Below are positions 1-11,300 of a stretch of DNA of 64,000 nt, in pieces (positions within the stretch are counted from its first letter, which is position 1; each line of letters begins with the position of its first letter). The stretch covers positions 1,054,001-1,118,000 of the forward strand of contig LSRY02000003.1 in the NCBI GenBank assembly GCA_001643675.2, read 5' to 3'. The notes below the pieces were generated by a model. The model made no database searches. It was not told the DNA's origin and saw nothing but the letters and a program-made list of their open reading frames with translations. The translations under genes were made by a program, and so were the position numbers. The stretch is from Monocercomonoides exilis PA203 (taxonomy: Eukaryota > Protista > Preaxostyla).

Positions 1-960
1 AGTTACAATCTTCTTTGGTTTTTCTCCGAATCGTATCTCCAGCAACCTGTTTCACACCACCAAACGGGATTTCCAGCTCCACACACTCCTGCAGCATCAT
101 CCCCATCGAAAACACAACCAACTTCTTTGTTTAATGCTTCTTCATCCCCTCCAGCAGCTCCAGCGTCCTCCGCCGCAAACTCTTAATTGATTGTCTGTTC
201 CCTCAAATGCTGATGAAGGCAACTGTATGTTTCTCCATTCTTGTTGAACGCTGAGCAATCAGAGGAAGATGTGACAATGGCGGAGGTGGATGATGCAGAT
301 GAGGAATCTGAGTCTGATGAGAAGTCCGAGTGGAGCGCAATGCAGATCACCCTGTGCTCTGACAGCAGCACGATGTGCGGGCTCAGGTTTCGCAAAGAGG
401 GAAGTTCGTCTTCCTCAGCTTCAAGCGAGTGCAATGCTCCATTCGCCACCCAGAACAGGATCTGCGCACCTGTCGCCATCCTCTCCTCCACAGTCACGAT
501 CGCCATCTCCTTCGTCTTGTTCCGCCCATGCAGCAGCATGAACAGCGAATCCCTCAGATCCACAATCAGCTTCTCATGAGGCGAAGAACATGCCATTGCA
601 TCCACCAAGTTTGACATCGATGAGGTAGTAGGACACAGATCCTCTCCACGAACAAAAGTTGAATCTGAATCAGTTGAACATGTTGAAGAAATTGATGGTG
701 ATGGTGTTCTCTTTCTTGTTTCATCATCATCTTCTTCCTTTTCCAATACCCATTCTGGGATCTAATCCGAGTTATTCCCCAAAATATCTTCTGTTGAGAA
801 AATTTCGCTCAACAGATGTTCTGATGTCTCTGAATATTTAACATTTTTCTCACATATTCTCTACGATCCATTCATTATTTTTCTCTTCCACTTTGTCCTC
901 CTTTCTCTTTTGAAACTTTTCCAGCATCATCTCCATCGCTACCACACAATCGGCTTTGGA
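1..960 (-). pseudogene. Decayed or fragmentary gene of unknown family, running off the window edge
   Basis: ORF 183..746 continues in frame past TAA(183-185) as EFAAEDAGAAGGDEEALNKEVGCVFDGDD... to position 1. Upstream it continues through two TAGs (..GS*RICEKNVK..NNSD*IPEWVLEKEEDDDE), with an apparent frameshift near 860. Composition looks coding relative to the AT-rich flank. Confidence 0.4.
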
Positions 961-1939
961 CGCCACTCTTTTGATCAAAAACTTATATATTGTCTGACCC
1001 TAAAATCTTTAAAAAAGCCTTCTTTCAACTAACAGTTAACAAATAAAAAATTTGAAGCACATACGACATAATCAATGCAATATTTTTTTTTACACTTTCC
1101 CAAATCAACATATATATCTTCTTGTTTAAATTTTTCATGAACAAACTTGATCGAAATTTCTGTCGTTTACAAAGAACGAGAAATTTACAACCAATTGACT
1201 TTTCAAACCATTTTATTAATATTTCTTATTCTGGAATATCAGAAATTTGAAAAAGGAGTCAGCAACTGAAAGCTACACTGATTTTTTGAAAAATATTTCT
1301 ATTGTTTGTAAAAAAATATTATAACAAGAATTAAGTTAGACTAAATCCTTGTAATGATAAAAAATAAGTTAATAATATACAATTATATTTGGAAATGAAG
1401 CAATTATTATAAGAAAATCATTAAACAAAACTTAATTCAATCAAATTTTATCAAGATAAACTTTCAGATAAACATATTTGTAAATTTGAAGATCAAAAAA
1501 CACTATTCAACCAATTTCTCAGATAAATTTGAAAAAATTACTTTATTTATCTTGTGATAAAACAATTGTGCAGAACAATATAGAAAAAATTATAAGTATA
1601 TCTTATTTGAATAATTAAACGAAAATAGAAAGACAAAGACGATTTATGATCAAGATTGCAGATTAACAAAGAACACACAGTTTATCCACTGATTAACAGA
1701 GTGCAAACCAAGCCTGATGGAGTTATTTCAGGAAAAGCATTTTGATCTATCCCTTTATTTAATTAGACATCAGAACAATCAAAACAATGGAGAAAATAAT
1801 GCAGGAATATATATTAAAATAAAAAAAAATGAATAATTGACAATTATTTATTTCTAAAAAAAGTTTATTATCAAAAAACAATCTATTCTTATTTATTAGA
1901 AGTTTGTCGACATTCCTATGCAAATTCGACCGACTCAAT

Positions 1940-2911
1940 TCACAAAAAATTTAATTGTCGCAAAGGATTAGATGATCCATGGACTTTAATTGATAGCAAA
2001 AATCTTTTGATGTGTGCCTCAAAGACTTCATGATTAATTGACCCCCTGACAACTTCGGAATATCCCATTCTTGATTGGGATGTGGATGTGATTGCCGTAA
2101 GGGCCTGATGAACGGGCAGAGGAGGAATTAGAACCTTCTCTCCAACTGGGGACCATCCATATTTTCTGACGCATTCAACATTCCAAGATGTTTCATCAAT
2201 ATAAAATATCATTGCACCATCCATTTGATATTCGTTGAGTTTTTCAATGAATTTAATACGGAGAATTTTATTTTCTTCTGAATTAGATGCGGATTCTCTC
2301 TTTGTTATCCTTTTGAAGGAAAAAATAGGATATTTTTGGGTATCTTTATATTTTTCAGTCAGAATACGGTATATTGTTGATTTCCCAATCGGGCTTCCAT
2401 GATTCGATAATTCAGATGCTATTTTACTCACTGTGTTTAAAGGATTCTGCGTCATTTTTTCCCGAACAATTAATTGATATTGTTCATTCTCGACCTTTTT
2501 CTTTCTTCCTTTTTGATGCAATGGAAGAGAAATGTCTATTCCCGCCTTCAATTTCGACAAGTACCTAGCTGTAGTAATTGTTGTTAATGTGCACTCATTT
2601 GCGTACCATGTTTCGCTCTTCTCCTGACAATGGATTTGAAAAAGATTAGATAATTTTTTTCTTTTCACATCAGTTGCATTTGTATAAGGATTTTTCGTTT
2701 TTTGATTCTCATGAATTCCAACATTTCTCAGATCTTCTATTTTCTTTCTTCTTTCTTCATCTGCTCTCATTGCTGCTCTCATTTTTATTGTTTGATGAAT
2801 ACGTTCTACCAAAAGATGAACAGCAGGTAAAGAAACAGCACTAACTCTGAATTCTGAAATGCTTGGAACTGATTCTATTATTTTCTTTTTTTTTATTAAC
2901 TGTTCTGGCAT
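1940..2911 (-). CDS. IS630/Tc1-family (DDE_3-type) transposase, truncated after the first catalytic Asp
   Basis: HTH-like segment NPLNTVSKIASELSNHGSPIGKSTIYRIL; first DDE motif IFYIDETSWN followed by YGWSPVGEK and GSINHEVF. The expected second motif (..MDNA..H) and the final Glu are absent, and the ORF ends in unrelated sequence. Confidence 0.85.
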   Translation of the reverse strand: MPEQLIKKKKIIESVPSISEFRVSAVSLPAVHLLVERIHQTIKMRAAMRADEERRKKIEDLRNVGIHENQKTKNPYTNATDVKRKKLSNLFQIHCQEKSETWYANECTLTTITTARYLSKLKAGIDISLPLHQKGRKKKVENEQYQLIVREKMTQNPLNTVSKIASELSNHGSPIGKSTIYRILTEKYKDTQKYPIFSFKRITKRESASNSEENKILRIKFIEKLNEYQMDGAMIFYIDETSWNVECVRKYGWSPVGEKVLIPPLPVHQALTAITSTSQSRMGYSEVVRGSINHEVFEAHIKRFLLSIKVHGSSNPLRQLNFL

Positions 2912-3046
2912 GCAAAAGTTGAATATTTTCCATGTTGAGAAAATGTTAATATGACGAAAGGCGAATGTGGGAAATTAATTTTTTATTTATTGCGGGATGC
3001 TCAACATTAAAAAAGGACAGATCAACATTTTTTGGGACAGACTGTA
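1940..3046 (-). mobile_element. 3'-truncated IS630/Tc1-mariner DNA transposon (one TIR only)
   Basis: On the minus strand the element starts TA|CAGTCTGTCCCAAAAAAATGTTGATCTGTCCTTTTTTAATGTTGAG (TA at 3045-3046, Tc1-type CAGT terminus, internal direct repeat CTGTCC..AATGTTGA), followed by the transposase ORF. No matching second TIR was found to the left. Confidence 0.75.
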
Positions 3047-3569
3047 TCAAAAAAAAGTCACCCATATGAAAAAGTCGCTTTTTCAATTTTTCTCGATAAA
3101 GAAATAATAATGGTATTTTTGTCTAAAAAAATATTTTATTTTTTCTATTTTTAATTTCTGAAATTTTTTCGATTTTTCAAAATGAATCGTTTTAGTTATT
3201 ATTTTAAGCAAAAACGAAAAGTTTCATTTTTTTCAAAATATTTTTCTTTCTGACGAGTGAAATTCACTTTGACGGACGTGGCGATGGATTTTCGCACTTG
3301 TGATACAAGCTAAATAATATGTAATTTTGCGTGAAAAAAATAAATAGAATAAAAAAAATGAGTTATTCAATAAAAAATATGAAATTATTAATTTCCAGAT
3401 TTCGAAACTGCCTTGTCGGTCGACTTGTCGAGGTACTTCGTGAAAAGTCGGCTTGTTGTAAAGGCCTAGTTAAAATATCAATTTTAAAATAATCACCCAT
3501 TTGGGATAAAATTTTTGTCTTTTTGAATTTTGTTCCATCCGACATTTTTTGCTTTTTTTGTTATTCAAT

Positions 3570-4940
3570 TATTTTTCAATATATTTTTGAATAGCAATGA
3601 TGGATGTATTATGATTTGATTGCATGAAAAGTTTGGAATATATCGTTGTTTTTTTTTTCCCATTAATGCAAGAATATCGTGACATATATTAATTTTTGAT
3701 GTATTTCTTTCCTTTTCATAATCATCCTCTTCTTTGAATAATCAAAAAATTATCAAACAGAATTCAAGGTAATTATGAGCAACTACGTCATTCAATGTTT
3801 GCCAACGTGTCTCCCCCAGGATGATATTAACTGTTCCTCCTTTCAATAAGTTTTTAATTGTTCCAGCTTTGTTTATATCTGCATTTCTCAAAGAATAAAT
3901 GCACCGGTTGTAAATGTCTTGGCATTTATCCTTTGCTGCTTGAAATACCTGAACAATGATTCCGAAAAGCCCAACAAATCCTTCGTTCCAAAATTTGAGT
4001 GAGTGAAAGAAATCAATAATTTTATCTATCCATCTCTTGATTACAATCAATTCTTTCAGCTTCATTTCTCCATTTTCCTCTTCTTTTCTTTTTCAATTCT
4101 CGTTTCAAGTCAAAATTTCCAATGCTTTTGCAACTTCTTTCGCAAAATGAAGTTCATTTACAATTACTCCTTTCAAACTTCTTTCTTTGCAAAATCTCTT
4201 TGTCAAAAACTTCTAGGTAGACTGGAGCTCAGACTGTGTCAAGTTGTGATGTTCCTGATAGAACTCGTCAATTTCTTTAACTTTATCGAGTCGAAGTTCT
4301 TCTTTAAAACCCTAATCAAAAAATTAGTGGGAAAACTCAAAAATATGAAAACGAAAATGAAATTCTCATATCAAACTTCCAATATTGTTCAAAACCAGAA
4401 AAGTCATTTCCTCTTCTTTTTTAACTTCCTTGTTTTCTTCTTTCTTCAAGGCAAGTTTCAAAATGCACCAGACAAATCAAAAGCAATTCTCTTGACGAAG
4501 AGGACCAAGTAAAAGTCCGTATTTGAAAAGATCAGTCAACAGCCTCTCATCTTTTTCTTTTTTCTTCTATTCTTTCTTCAATTATCATCTTCTCAAATTC
4601 GTCTCGCAACGAAGTTTTTCCAAAGCTATTTATTTTCATTCCACTTTGTATTTTCATATAGAAATTTCATGATTTCAATCATTTCGTGTATTTTGCTGAA
4701 CAGTAATTCGGTAAAGGCTGGTTTGAATTCATTTCTATCTATATCGTTCATAAATTCAATCATTTCATCAATTTTCTGTTTCTATTCATCTTCGTTGCAT
4801 CGTTTAAGTTCCGAAAACAGTTCTTTATCTAAAATAAAAACAAAAATAAATCCAATCATCATGAATTCAGGCGCTATGATGTTGCAAACCTGCGTACTTT
4901 TCAGTTATATTCCATGCTATTTTTCTTCATGCAACTGTGC
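3570..4940 (-). pseudogene. Pseudogene paralog of the gene at 38140-39579 (expanded helical protein family)
   Basis: Manual translation gives ELFSELKRCNEDE*KQKIDEMIEFM.., KDERLLTDLFKYGLLL..ILKLALKKEENKEVKKEEEMTFLVL and KVKEIDEFYQEHHNLTQ..VIVNELHFAKEVAKALE. These align to ELFFEMDICSADKKRKKIEEMNE, KNEKLLIDLCEC..LLKVALKKDENEEIQKEVEMALLAL and EIKEIIQYHQELRNLSR..VIANELHFAREA. Introns sit at equivalent positions (..ttttgattag acceptor), with several in-frame stops and a frameshift. Confidence 0.8.
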
Positions 4941-5284
4941 TCAAAAAGTTATTCGATTTGAGCATTACAATTATGAGTTAAAGCTTGAAAAGAAGAAATT
5001 CTTAACTATTAAAACAATTAATTGAAAAGAAAAATACATAAAGCACATGAAGCTCATACAAAAATCAAATTTCGAGCAATTTTGAATCAATTTTTCTCGT
5101 CATTTCTTATCTTTTGTTTTTCATATTTGTGAAAACATTGAATCACAAACAGAATGTTTATCTTCACTTCATCCAGGGTTTGTTTAAACAATCCTGATTG
5201 TATCTTTCGCTTCAAACGTTTATTTATTCAATAAAAACAATCAATATCAAATTAAAAATTTTTGAATTAAGGATTATTTGATCA

Positions 5285-7774
5285 ATGACGATATATAATA
5301 AAATAAATAAAAATAGAATGTTCTTCTTTTTTTTCCGTTCCATATTTTTCATTTTAACAATTTCGCAAGAGGTGGACGGTGTATCTTTATATACAGTTTA
5401 TGTAAAGCAAACAGGAGACGACAACAAAAATGGAACTTTGATCGGTTATGAAAAGAAATCATTGAAAAGTGCTTATGAGACATTTAACAGACACGTAACA
5501 TGTCAGATAATTGTTGTAAAAGATACTACTGCACTCACTGCAGAGGCTTTAACTTTTAATAAAAGTCAAATAATTACAATTGAAGGATTTGACAGCAAAG
5601 GAGAAGCAAATGAAATTGTTTCAATTAATTGCGACGTGCATCCAGGGAAACATTTATTTTCATGCTACGGAAAAGTCAGCTTTAAATATTTAGCTTTCAA
5701 TTTTCCAATAACATTGAAAGAAGTGGATGACTCAAGTAATTCAGGTTTTTCTTTGATAGATGGTCATAATGTTGAGCTTGAGATAAGAAATTGCCAGTTT
5801 ATTCGACCATTAACAAGTGGAAAAGTCGTTCACATTGGCTTTGTGCATATTTGGGATGGAAGTTTAGTTATGGATTCAGTTGAATGCACAAATGACGATT
5901 ATTCTGTCACATTTGAAGATAACCTTTTTTATGTACGTGCTATTGGAGCAGTTTCGTTGACAAATGTTTCATTGAAAAAAGTGACATGTGAACGCTCAGC
6001 TATTTTTTATATTTACTCATCTGAAAATCAGATAATTAATTTTAAACTGAATGGAAGTTCATTTACAGAATGCATGTCTCATTTTTATGGAGTATTTTAT
6101 GTTTTCTCATCTAGCAATGAAAGCACGTTTTCAGTGGGGAATGAAGGTGTAACGTCTTTCGATTCATGCAGCTGCAGTGGTTCAGACTTCCAATTTGCTG
6201 CAGGTGGAATTTGTTTGTCTGTGGCAAATGTAACATCAGCCTCTCTAATAAAATGGCCAGAAAACGGACAAAATCTCATATTTAAAAACTGTTCAGTTGG
6301 TTTTAATAATTTAAAGAGAAATACTGCATTAGTTTTGCGAATGGACAATCACTCGCTCTTCGAGGATATCGCGAATGCAATGAGAGAAAGTTTTGCTGCA
6401 AATTACACGCGAATGGATAATAGGAGGCATGTTATTGGATATGATTCTGAAAATCACAGAGAATTTGATTTCACAGTTTTATACTTTGATCCTCATCCTC
6501 CAAAGCCAGAAAATATGAAAAGGGCATTCGTGAAGAACAGAGGAAATGGAGATGGAATCACTGTTGAAAAAGCAATTGATAGCATAAGTGATGCATATGA
6601 TTATTTAGACAAGAGTGGGAAATGTTTCATAGATATTATTAAAACAGATGATTTACTCAAAGCTGATCCCGTTTTATTTAAAGTTAGCAATGGAATAACC
6701 ATTGAAGGAGTGAATGGAAACGGAGAGGGAAATACAGAAGTTGTTGTTGATTGTGATGTTAGTGAATCATCAGTTTTATTCTTTTGCCTGAGAATGGTGG
6801 AATTCAAGTATTTGGCATTCCAATTTTCTGCCACAAAAAAGAGCTGGGATTTTTTTATTAGAGCAGATCCAGGGCTAGAACGCTTAGTCCTTAGCCATTG
6901 TCAATTTGTTAGAGTTGGATCACAATCACAAAGAGGAATGAATTCAAATGATGATGGAGACAACTCGATTGGTTACAACCTTATAACCGTGTGTGACGGA
7001 ACAGTGGAAATGAACACAGTGAAATGCACAGATGAAACCTCATTTGTGACATTTTCATCGTCACCATTTTCATTTTCAGGAGCCAGCGAGGTGTTATTGA
7101 ATGGAGTGGAGATCAGCAATTTGAAATTTTCATACGGACCTGCAATTTTTATTTCGGATTCCGAAGAAACAGCTGCGAAAATTTTCATTGAGGGATTGAA
7201 TATCAAAAATTCACATTCGGAGCTTGGATATACAGCTGGATTGTGGATTTCTTTGGTATCAGAAGAATCGACAGTGGCAATTGGAAGAAACGACAAATGT
7301 TCATTCAAGTCGTGTTCAGCACCAGAAGGGAAATCAGGAGCAATATTTATTGACATGCCCAAGGCAACATCGAATCTTCAGCTTCCTTCTGCTAACAATC
7401 TGGAGATAGACAGCTCAAACACAGCTGGCTCAGAATCAACTTCTCTGTTCATTATCGCGCCAGATTTTGACGAGTTCTGCAAACAAGAAGATGCCTTTGA
7501 GTTTGCAAATGATTACGATGAATCAACATCTGGGTGGATAAAGGGAGCAAAAGATGAAGAATCAGAGCCAGAGGATGTGTATGAGAAGTATGTGAAAGTT
7601 AGGCAAGAACAACTCAAAAAGAAAAAAGTTGGCACAATTGTTGCTATTGTTGTGCCGGTAGTGGTTGTTGTTGTGGCTGCGGTTGTTGCTGTTGTGATTG
7701 TAGTTGTTGTAAGAAAAAGGAGAAAGAGAAATGAAGAGAACGAAAACAAGGAGCAAGAAATGAATAGTTTATAG
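5285..7774 (+). CDS. Single-pass type I surface protein with two internal repeats (pectin-lyase/beta-helix-like ectodomain)
   Basis: Intronless 829-aa ORF; hydrophobic signal-like segment after M at 5318 (probable true start). Two ~370-aa homologous units (YVKQTG..SLKSAYE..ITIEG..CDV..FKYLAF / FVKNRG..SISDAYD..ITIEG..CDV..FKYLAF). Val-rich C-terminal TM followed by RKRRKR. Confidence 0.8.
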   Translation: MTIYNKINKNRMFFFFFRSIFFILTISQEVDGVSLYTVYVKQTGDDNKNGTLIGYEKKSLKSAYETFNRHVTCQIIVVKDTTALTAEALTFNKSQIITIEGFDSKGEANEIVSINCDVHPGKHLFSCYGKVSFKYLAFNFPITLKEVDDSSNSGFSLIDGHNVELEIRNCQFIRPLTSGKVVHIGFVHIWDGSLVMDSVECTNDDYSVTFEDNLFYVRAIGAVSLTNVSLKKVTCERSAIFYIYSSENQIINFKLNGSSFTECMSHFYGVFYVFSSSNESTFSVGNEGVTSFDSCSCSGSDFQFAAGGICLSVANVTSASLIKWPENGQNLIFKNCSVGFNNLKRNTALVLRMDNHSLFEDIANAMRESFAANYTRMDNRRHVIGYDSENHREFDFTVLYFDPHPPKPENMKRAFVKNRGNGDGITVEKAIDSISDAYDYLDKSGKCFIDIIKTDDLLKADPVLFKVSNGITIEGVNGNGEGNTEVVVDCDVSESSVLFFCLRMVEFKYLAFQFSATKKSWDFFIRADPGLERLVLSHCQFVRVGSQSQRGMNSNDDGDNSIGYNLITVCDGTVEMNTVKCTDETSFVTFSSSPFSFSGASEVLLNGVEISNLKFSYGPAIFISDSEETAAKIFIEGLNIKNSHSELGYTAGLWISLVSEESTVAIGRNDKCSFKSCSAPEGKSGAIFIDMPKATSNLQLPSANNLEIDSSNTAGSESTSLFIIAPDFDEFCKQEDAFEFANDYDESTSGWIKGAKDEESEPEDVYEKYVKVRQEQLKKKKVGTIVAIVVPVVVVVVAAVVAVVIVVVVRKRRKRNEENENKEQEMNSL

Positions 7775-8244
7775 TTGATTACATGTTTTAGTTTTAATAA
7801 TGATATTTTTGAGAAAATTTTATTCTTGATTTCTTGATTTCTTTCTTTATTTATTTATTTGAATTGAAAATGCATTTTTATTATTTGTAAATCCTTTTTG
7901 CGAATTAAGGAGTTTTTCCAAAATTCTATCACATCACTTCTTCAAACAATGAAGTTAAATAGGACGAAAATTTTTGTTTTATGAATTTAATTACACTCAA
8001 TTTTTTCTTTTGTTTTTCTCATTTTTTAACTCTTTCATCATGAATGGAGATGGCAGGCTAATAATGATACGATGGAGAAAAAGTTTGGAACAAATTGCAG
8101 TTTTTTTCATTTTTGCAAGAATTTCGCACCACATTAAATGATTTGCTAACAATTCCAACCTTTTATTAACATTCGTAAACAATCTCTAAATTCACAAGTT
8201 TTTAACAAAATAAATAATTTGAGTTCAAAATTTAAAATGAAGAT

Positions 8245-8249
8245 AAAAA
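8245..8249 (-). terminator. Pol III oligo-dT terminator of tRNA-Pro
   Basis: T5 run on the minus strand 6 nt after the tRNA 3' end. Confidence 0.5.
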
Positions 8250-8255
8250 TACAAC

Positions 8256-8327
8256 GGGCTTGTCCGGGAATCGAACCCGGGACCTCTTGCACCCTAAGCA
8301 AGAATCATACCACTAGACCAACAAGCC
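8256..8327 (-). tRNA. tRNA-Pro(AGG)
   Basis: GGCTTGTTGGTCTAGTGGTATGATTCTTGCTTAGGGTGCAAGAGGTCCCGGGTTCGATTCCCGGACAAGCCC. Acceptor stem GGCTTGT/ACAAGCC, anticodon arm CTTGC-TT AGG GT-GCAAG, T-loop TTCGATT; 72 nt, no encoded CCA. Confidence 0.97.
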
Positions 8328-8375
8328 ATATAAAAAAAGTTTTTTTAAAAAATTTTATTAATTATAGCATTCTTA

Positions 8376-11300
8376 TTAATATCGAATGTTAGACTTTGAA
8401 ATCAGACTTCTTCTTAATGTTGCATCATCTTCCTTTGTAAAATGCTTGTATGTTCTGCTTCTTGCAATTCTTATTCTTCTTACAACAAAGAAAATAACAA
8501 CAACAGAGACTATAAACGTTGGTATAAGAACAGAGCATAGAATTATTGTAACATTTGATTTAGTTGAACGTGGCTTATTTTTTGGATCAATTGGCTTATC
8601 TGCGCTTTTGATTGTAAATTCTTGTGTATGAGTTGTGATATTTTCGTCTGTAAATAAAACACGTACAATGACGCTTTGGTTATTTTGGGAGAGTGAAATG
8701 AAGGACGATGGGACTTCAGATACGACAAGTGTTTCGTTGGGATGCTGTTTAAGTGGCAAGCTTATTCTATCAATGTCAGATTCTTCTTCTCGAATCACTG
8801 CCTCGACAGCAAGGTCACAAGGCATTAGCATCTTCCCAATAAAGCGAATTTCGTAGCCTGAATCTACAGTTTGCACAGCCTCATAACTGGATTGAGAGTT
8901 CATTAGCTGAGAAGAAGAAAAGTGATCAGATGTCGAATGAAGTAAGTCTGCATCGATTGAGGATGATAACAATTTGCTTTCTAAATCTTGATCTGAATGC
9001 AACGCACTGCTTAATTCCCTACTGAACGTCTTTTTCCATGTTCTTGAATTTTTCTTCCAAAAACCTGTTGAATCTTTCCTCTTTGTTTCGATTTGCTTTT
9101 TTTTCAACTCATTTACAATTGGAATAAAAAACCCAGAAGACTTTTTCTTTAACAGCCCATCCATTTCGCAATCATTCGTGTCTATCCACATCGAATCACT
9201 CTCTTCCAACCCATCTCCTTCCGTTAATGAATTGATGGTCAAAGACGCCATTGTGCAATGAATGTTTCTGTGAGCAGAAGGAAAATGAGCCACGTGTGCT
9301 GTCCCACCCACAAATGAGCATGAATTCATGGCCAAATTCCCGGTTATCAAAACAACTGCACCTTTCGAACAGTTCACGAAATGAAGATTGTCTGCCGTGG
9401 AATTGCAGCCGGCAAGCAAGAGCGCTCCGCCTTTCCATCCGCAAATAGCATTCCTGTCGTCAGTCTCAGCAACAGCCTCGCCAACAACAGTCACATTGCG
9501 CAGTGTAGTGTTTGTTCCGAGAACAAATGCGAACTCACTGCCCGCTGTGAAAGTGTCATCTGCTGTGGTCAAATCGCTCAGATGGCCGTGTTGAATAAGT
9601 GTTACGGTTTTGGGGATTGTATGCGACACAATCGCAGGACCATCGTCACGTCTTGTAATGTTTGAAAACTTGAAATCTTCGAGAACCAGAAATGGCTTTG
9701 TATCAGATAGAAGAAGTTGAACAGAGGATGTGATCTCATTTTGATCTGAGTCAAAGACTGATTCAACTGAGAAAGATTGTTTTTCTTTTAAAGCTTTAAC
9801 AAGCTGCTTTCGAATTCTTTTCTCCTTCATCACATCAGCAACAACATTTGAAAATCCTACTCTTCTCCAGAATTCCAGTTGAATTGTTCCTTTGCTCACT
9901 TCATTTTCGCTTCTCCCCGTTTGAACTTGAGCTCCCAAATCAAAAATTCCGTTGGTTTGTTCTTTGATGTATTCATTTTGAAGCTCGCGCCAAATCTGCT
10001 TTGCTTTCATCCATTCACTCGAATCACAAGAATTGGATTGACCTCCATTATGTTTTCCTTCAGACTCAAAAGAAGATGCAGATAAAGATAAAAGACTTTG
10101 AATTTGTTCTTCAGAAGCGTCCTTAAAGAAGTCTTCAATAAATTCATTCTCTTCCTCTTCTTCAATCTTTTCATCTCCTTCAGCAAATGGTGAATGAAAC
10201 ACAGTTTCAATCATTGCGGCTCCTTCCATCTCAACATGCTTGCTTGCTGAAAGCTGAATAAATTCTGCCTGTGGCACGCCTTCCTCAACAACAAACAAAG
10301 GCACTTTGCTCCTCACTGCTTCCACAGTGCATTTAGACACAACAAATGAAGATGCTGTCGAGTACAATGTAAAGAAGCAAACCGCTCCTTTGCCATTTCC
10401 TTCCGTACGAAAAACACATTTCTCCAGCTCAGCCCCTCCCTTTCGCACACCAACGAAAGTACTAAACTTTTCTGGTGACTCTTCCGCTATCTCAAAGATA
10501 ACACTCGAGAATATGATTTTTGCATCAATTCCAGCAAGTCCATGGCTGTAGCACTGAACTACCTCATCGCGTGTGGACGCAACTATTCTTGAGCAATACA
10601 ACACAGCCAATCCTCCTTTTGTATCGGCCGACTTCACATCCATCGTGTCCATGTCAATCTCCTCAATCACATCGGCACGGTCAAGAATGAGCAGAGAGCG
10701 ATGCTTGCCGTCTGCATTGAAATGGATCAGCGCCGTCGCTATGGTCTTGCACGGCTGCGCAGTCAGTCCGCAGGAGAGCTTTTCAGTCGCATCTTTGCTG
10801 GTGCTGGAGGCGCAGCTCGTGTTCCGCATAACGAGATTGATCACGTCATAGATGTCTGTGTCCCTCAGATGCTGCGCCGACTCGTCGCTGTAATAAATAG
10901 CTCTTGATAAGTTGTTGAGAAGAGAGCTATTTTGGTGGAAAATGAATCTGTTAACAGCAAATGACTTGTTGAAGTTCTTGAATTGCAGGTAAAAACCTGG
11001 TGCTACGTCTGCCGCGCAATTTTCGAACTGGACTCGGCAAAACTTGAAGTCGCACACATCGCTTGCAGAGTGGAAAAACAGGCAGCCACCTTTCCCGGTT
11101 TCACCCGGCGGGTCTTCGGCCTTCCGCTTTTTGCAGTAGCAGGACTCGAATCTGACATCGACTATACGCAAATAGTTAGTGTCTGTTGGGCAGTGGAAGA
11201 GAGAGCCTCCAGCTAAAGACACGTTGCACGAGCAGTTTTTGAGGGTGCTTCCGCGAAGAGAGAAAGGAAAAGGCTTGTTGGAGGCAGATGAGAGAATGCA

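Noticed and set aside
3250-3275. CTGACGA-stem resembling a hammerhead ribozyme core
   Set aside because: The stem GTGAA/TTCAC is followed by TTTG rather than GAAA, and no stems I/III were found; it is better explained as a MITE subterminal motif.
1-4940. In-frame TAA/TAG codons suggesting the TAR=Gln code known from some oxymonads
   Set aside because: Intact genes here end in TAA or TAG (7774, 8376, 21003, 31018, 48812) and run for kilobases without internal TAR. The interrupted regions also contain TGA stops and frameshifts, so they are pseudogenes.
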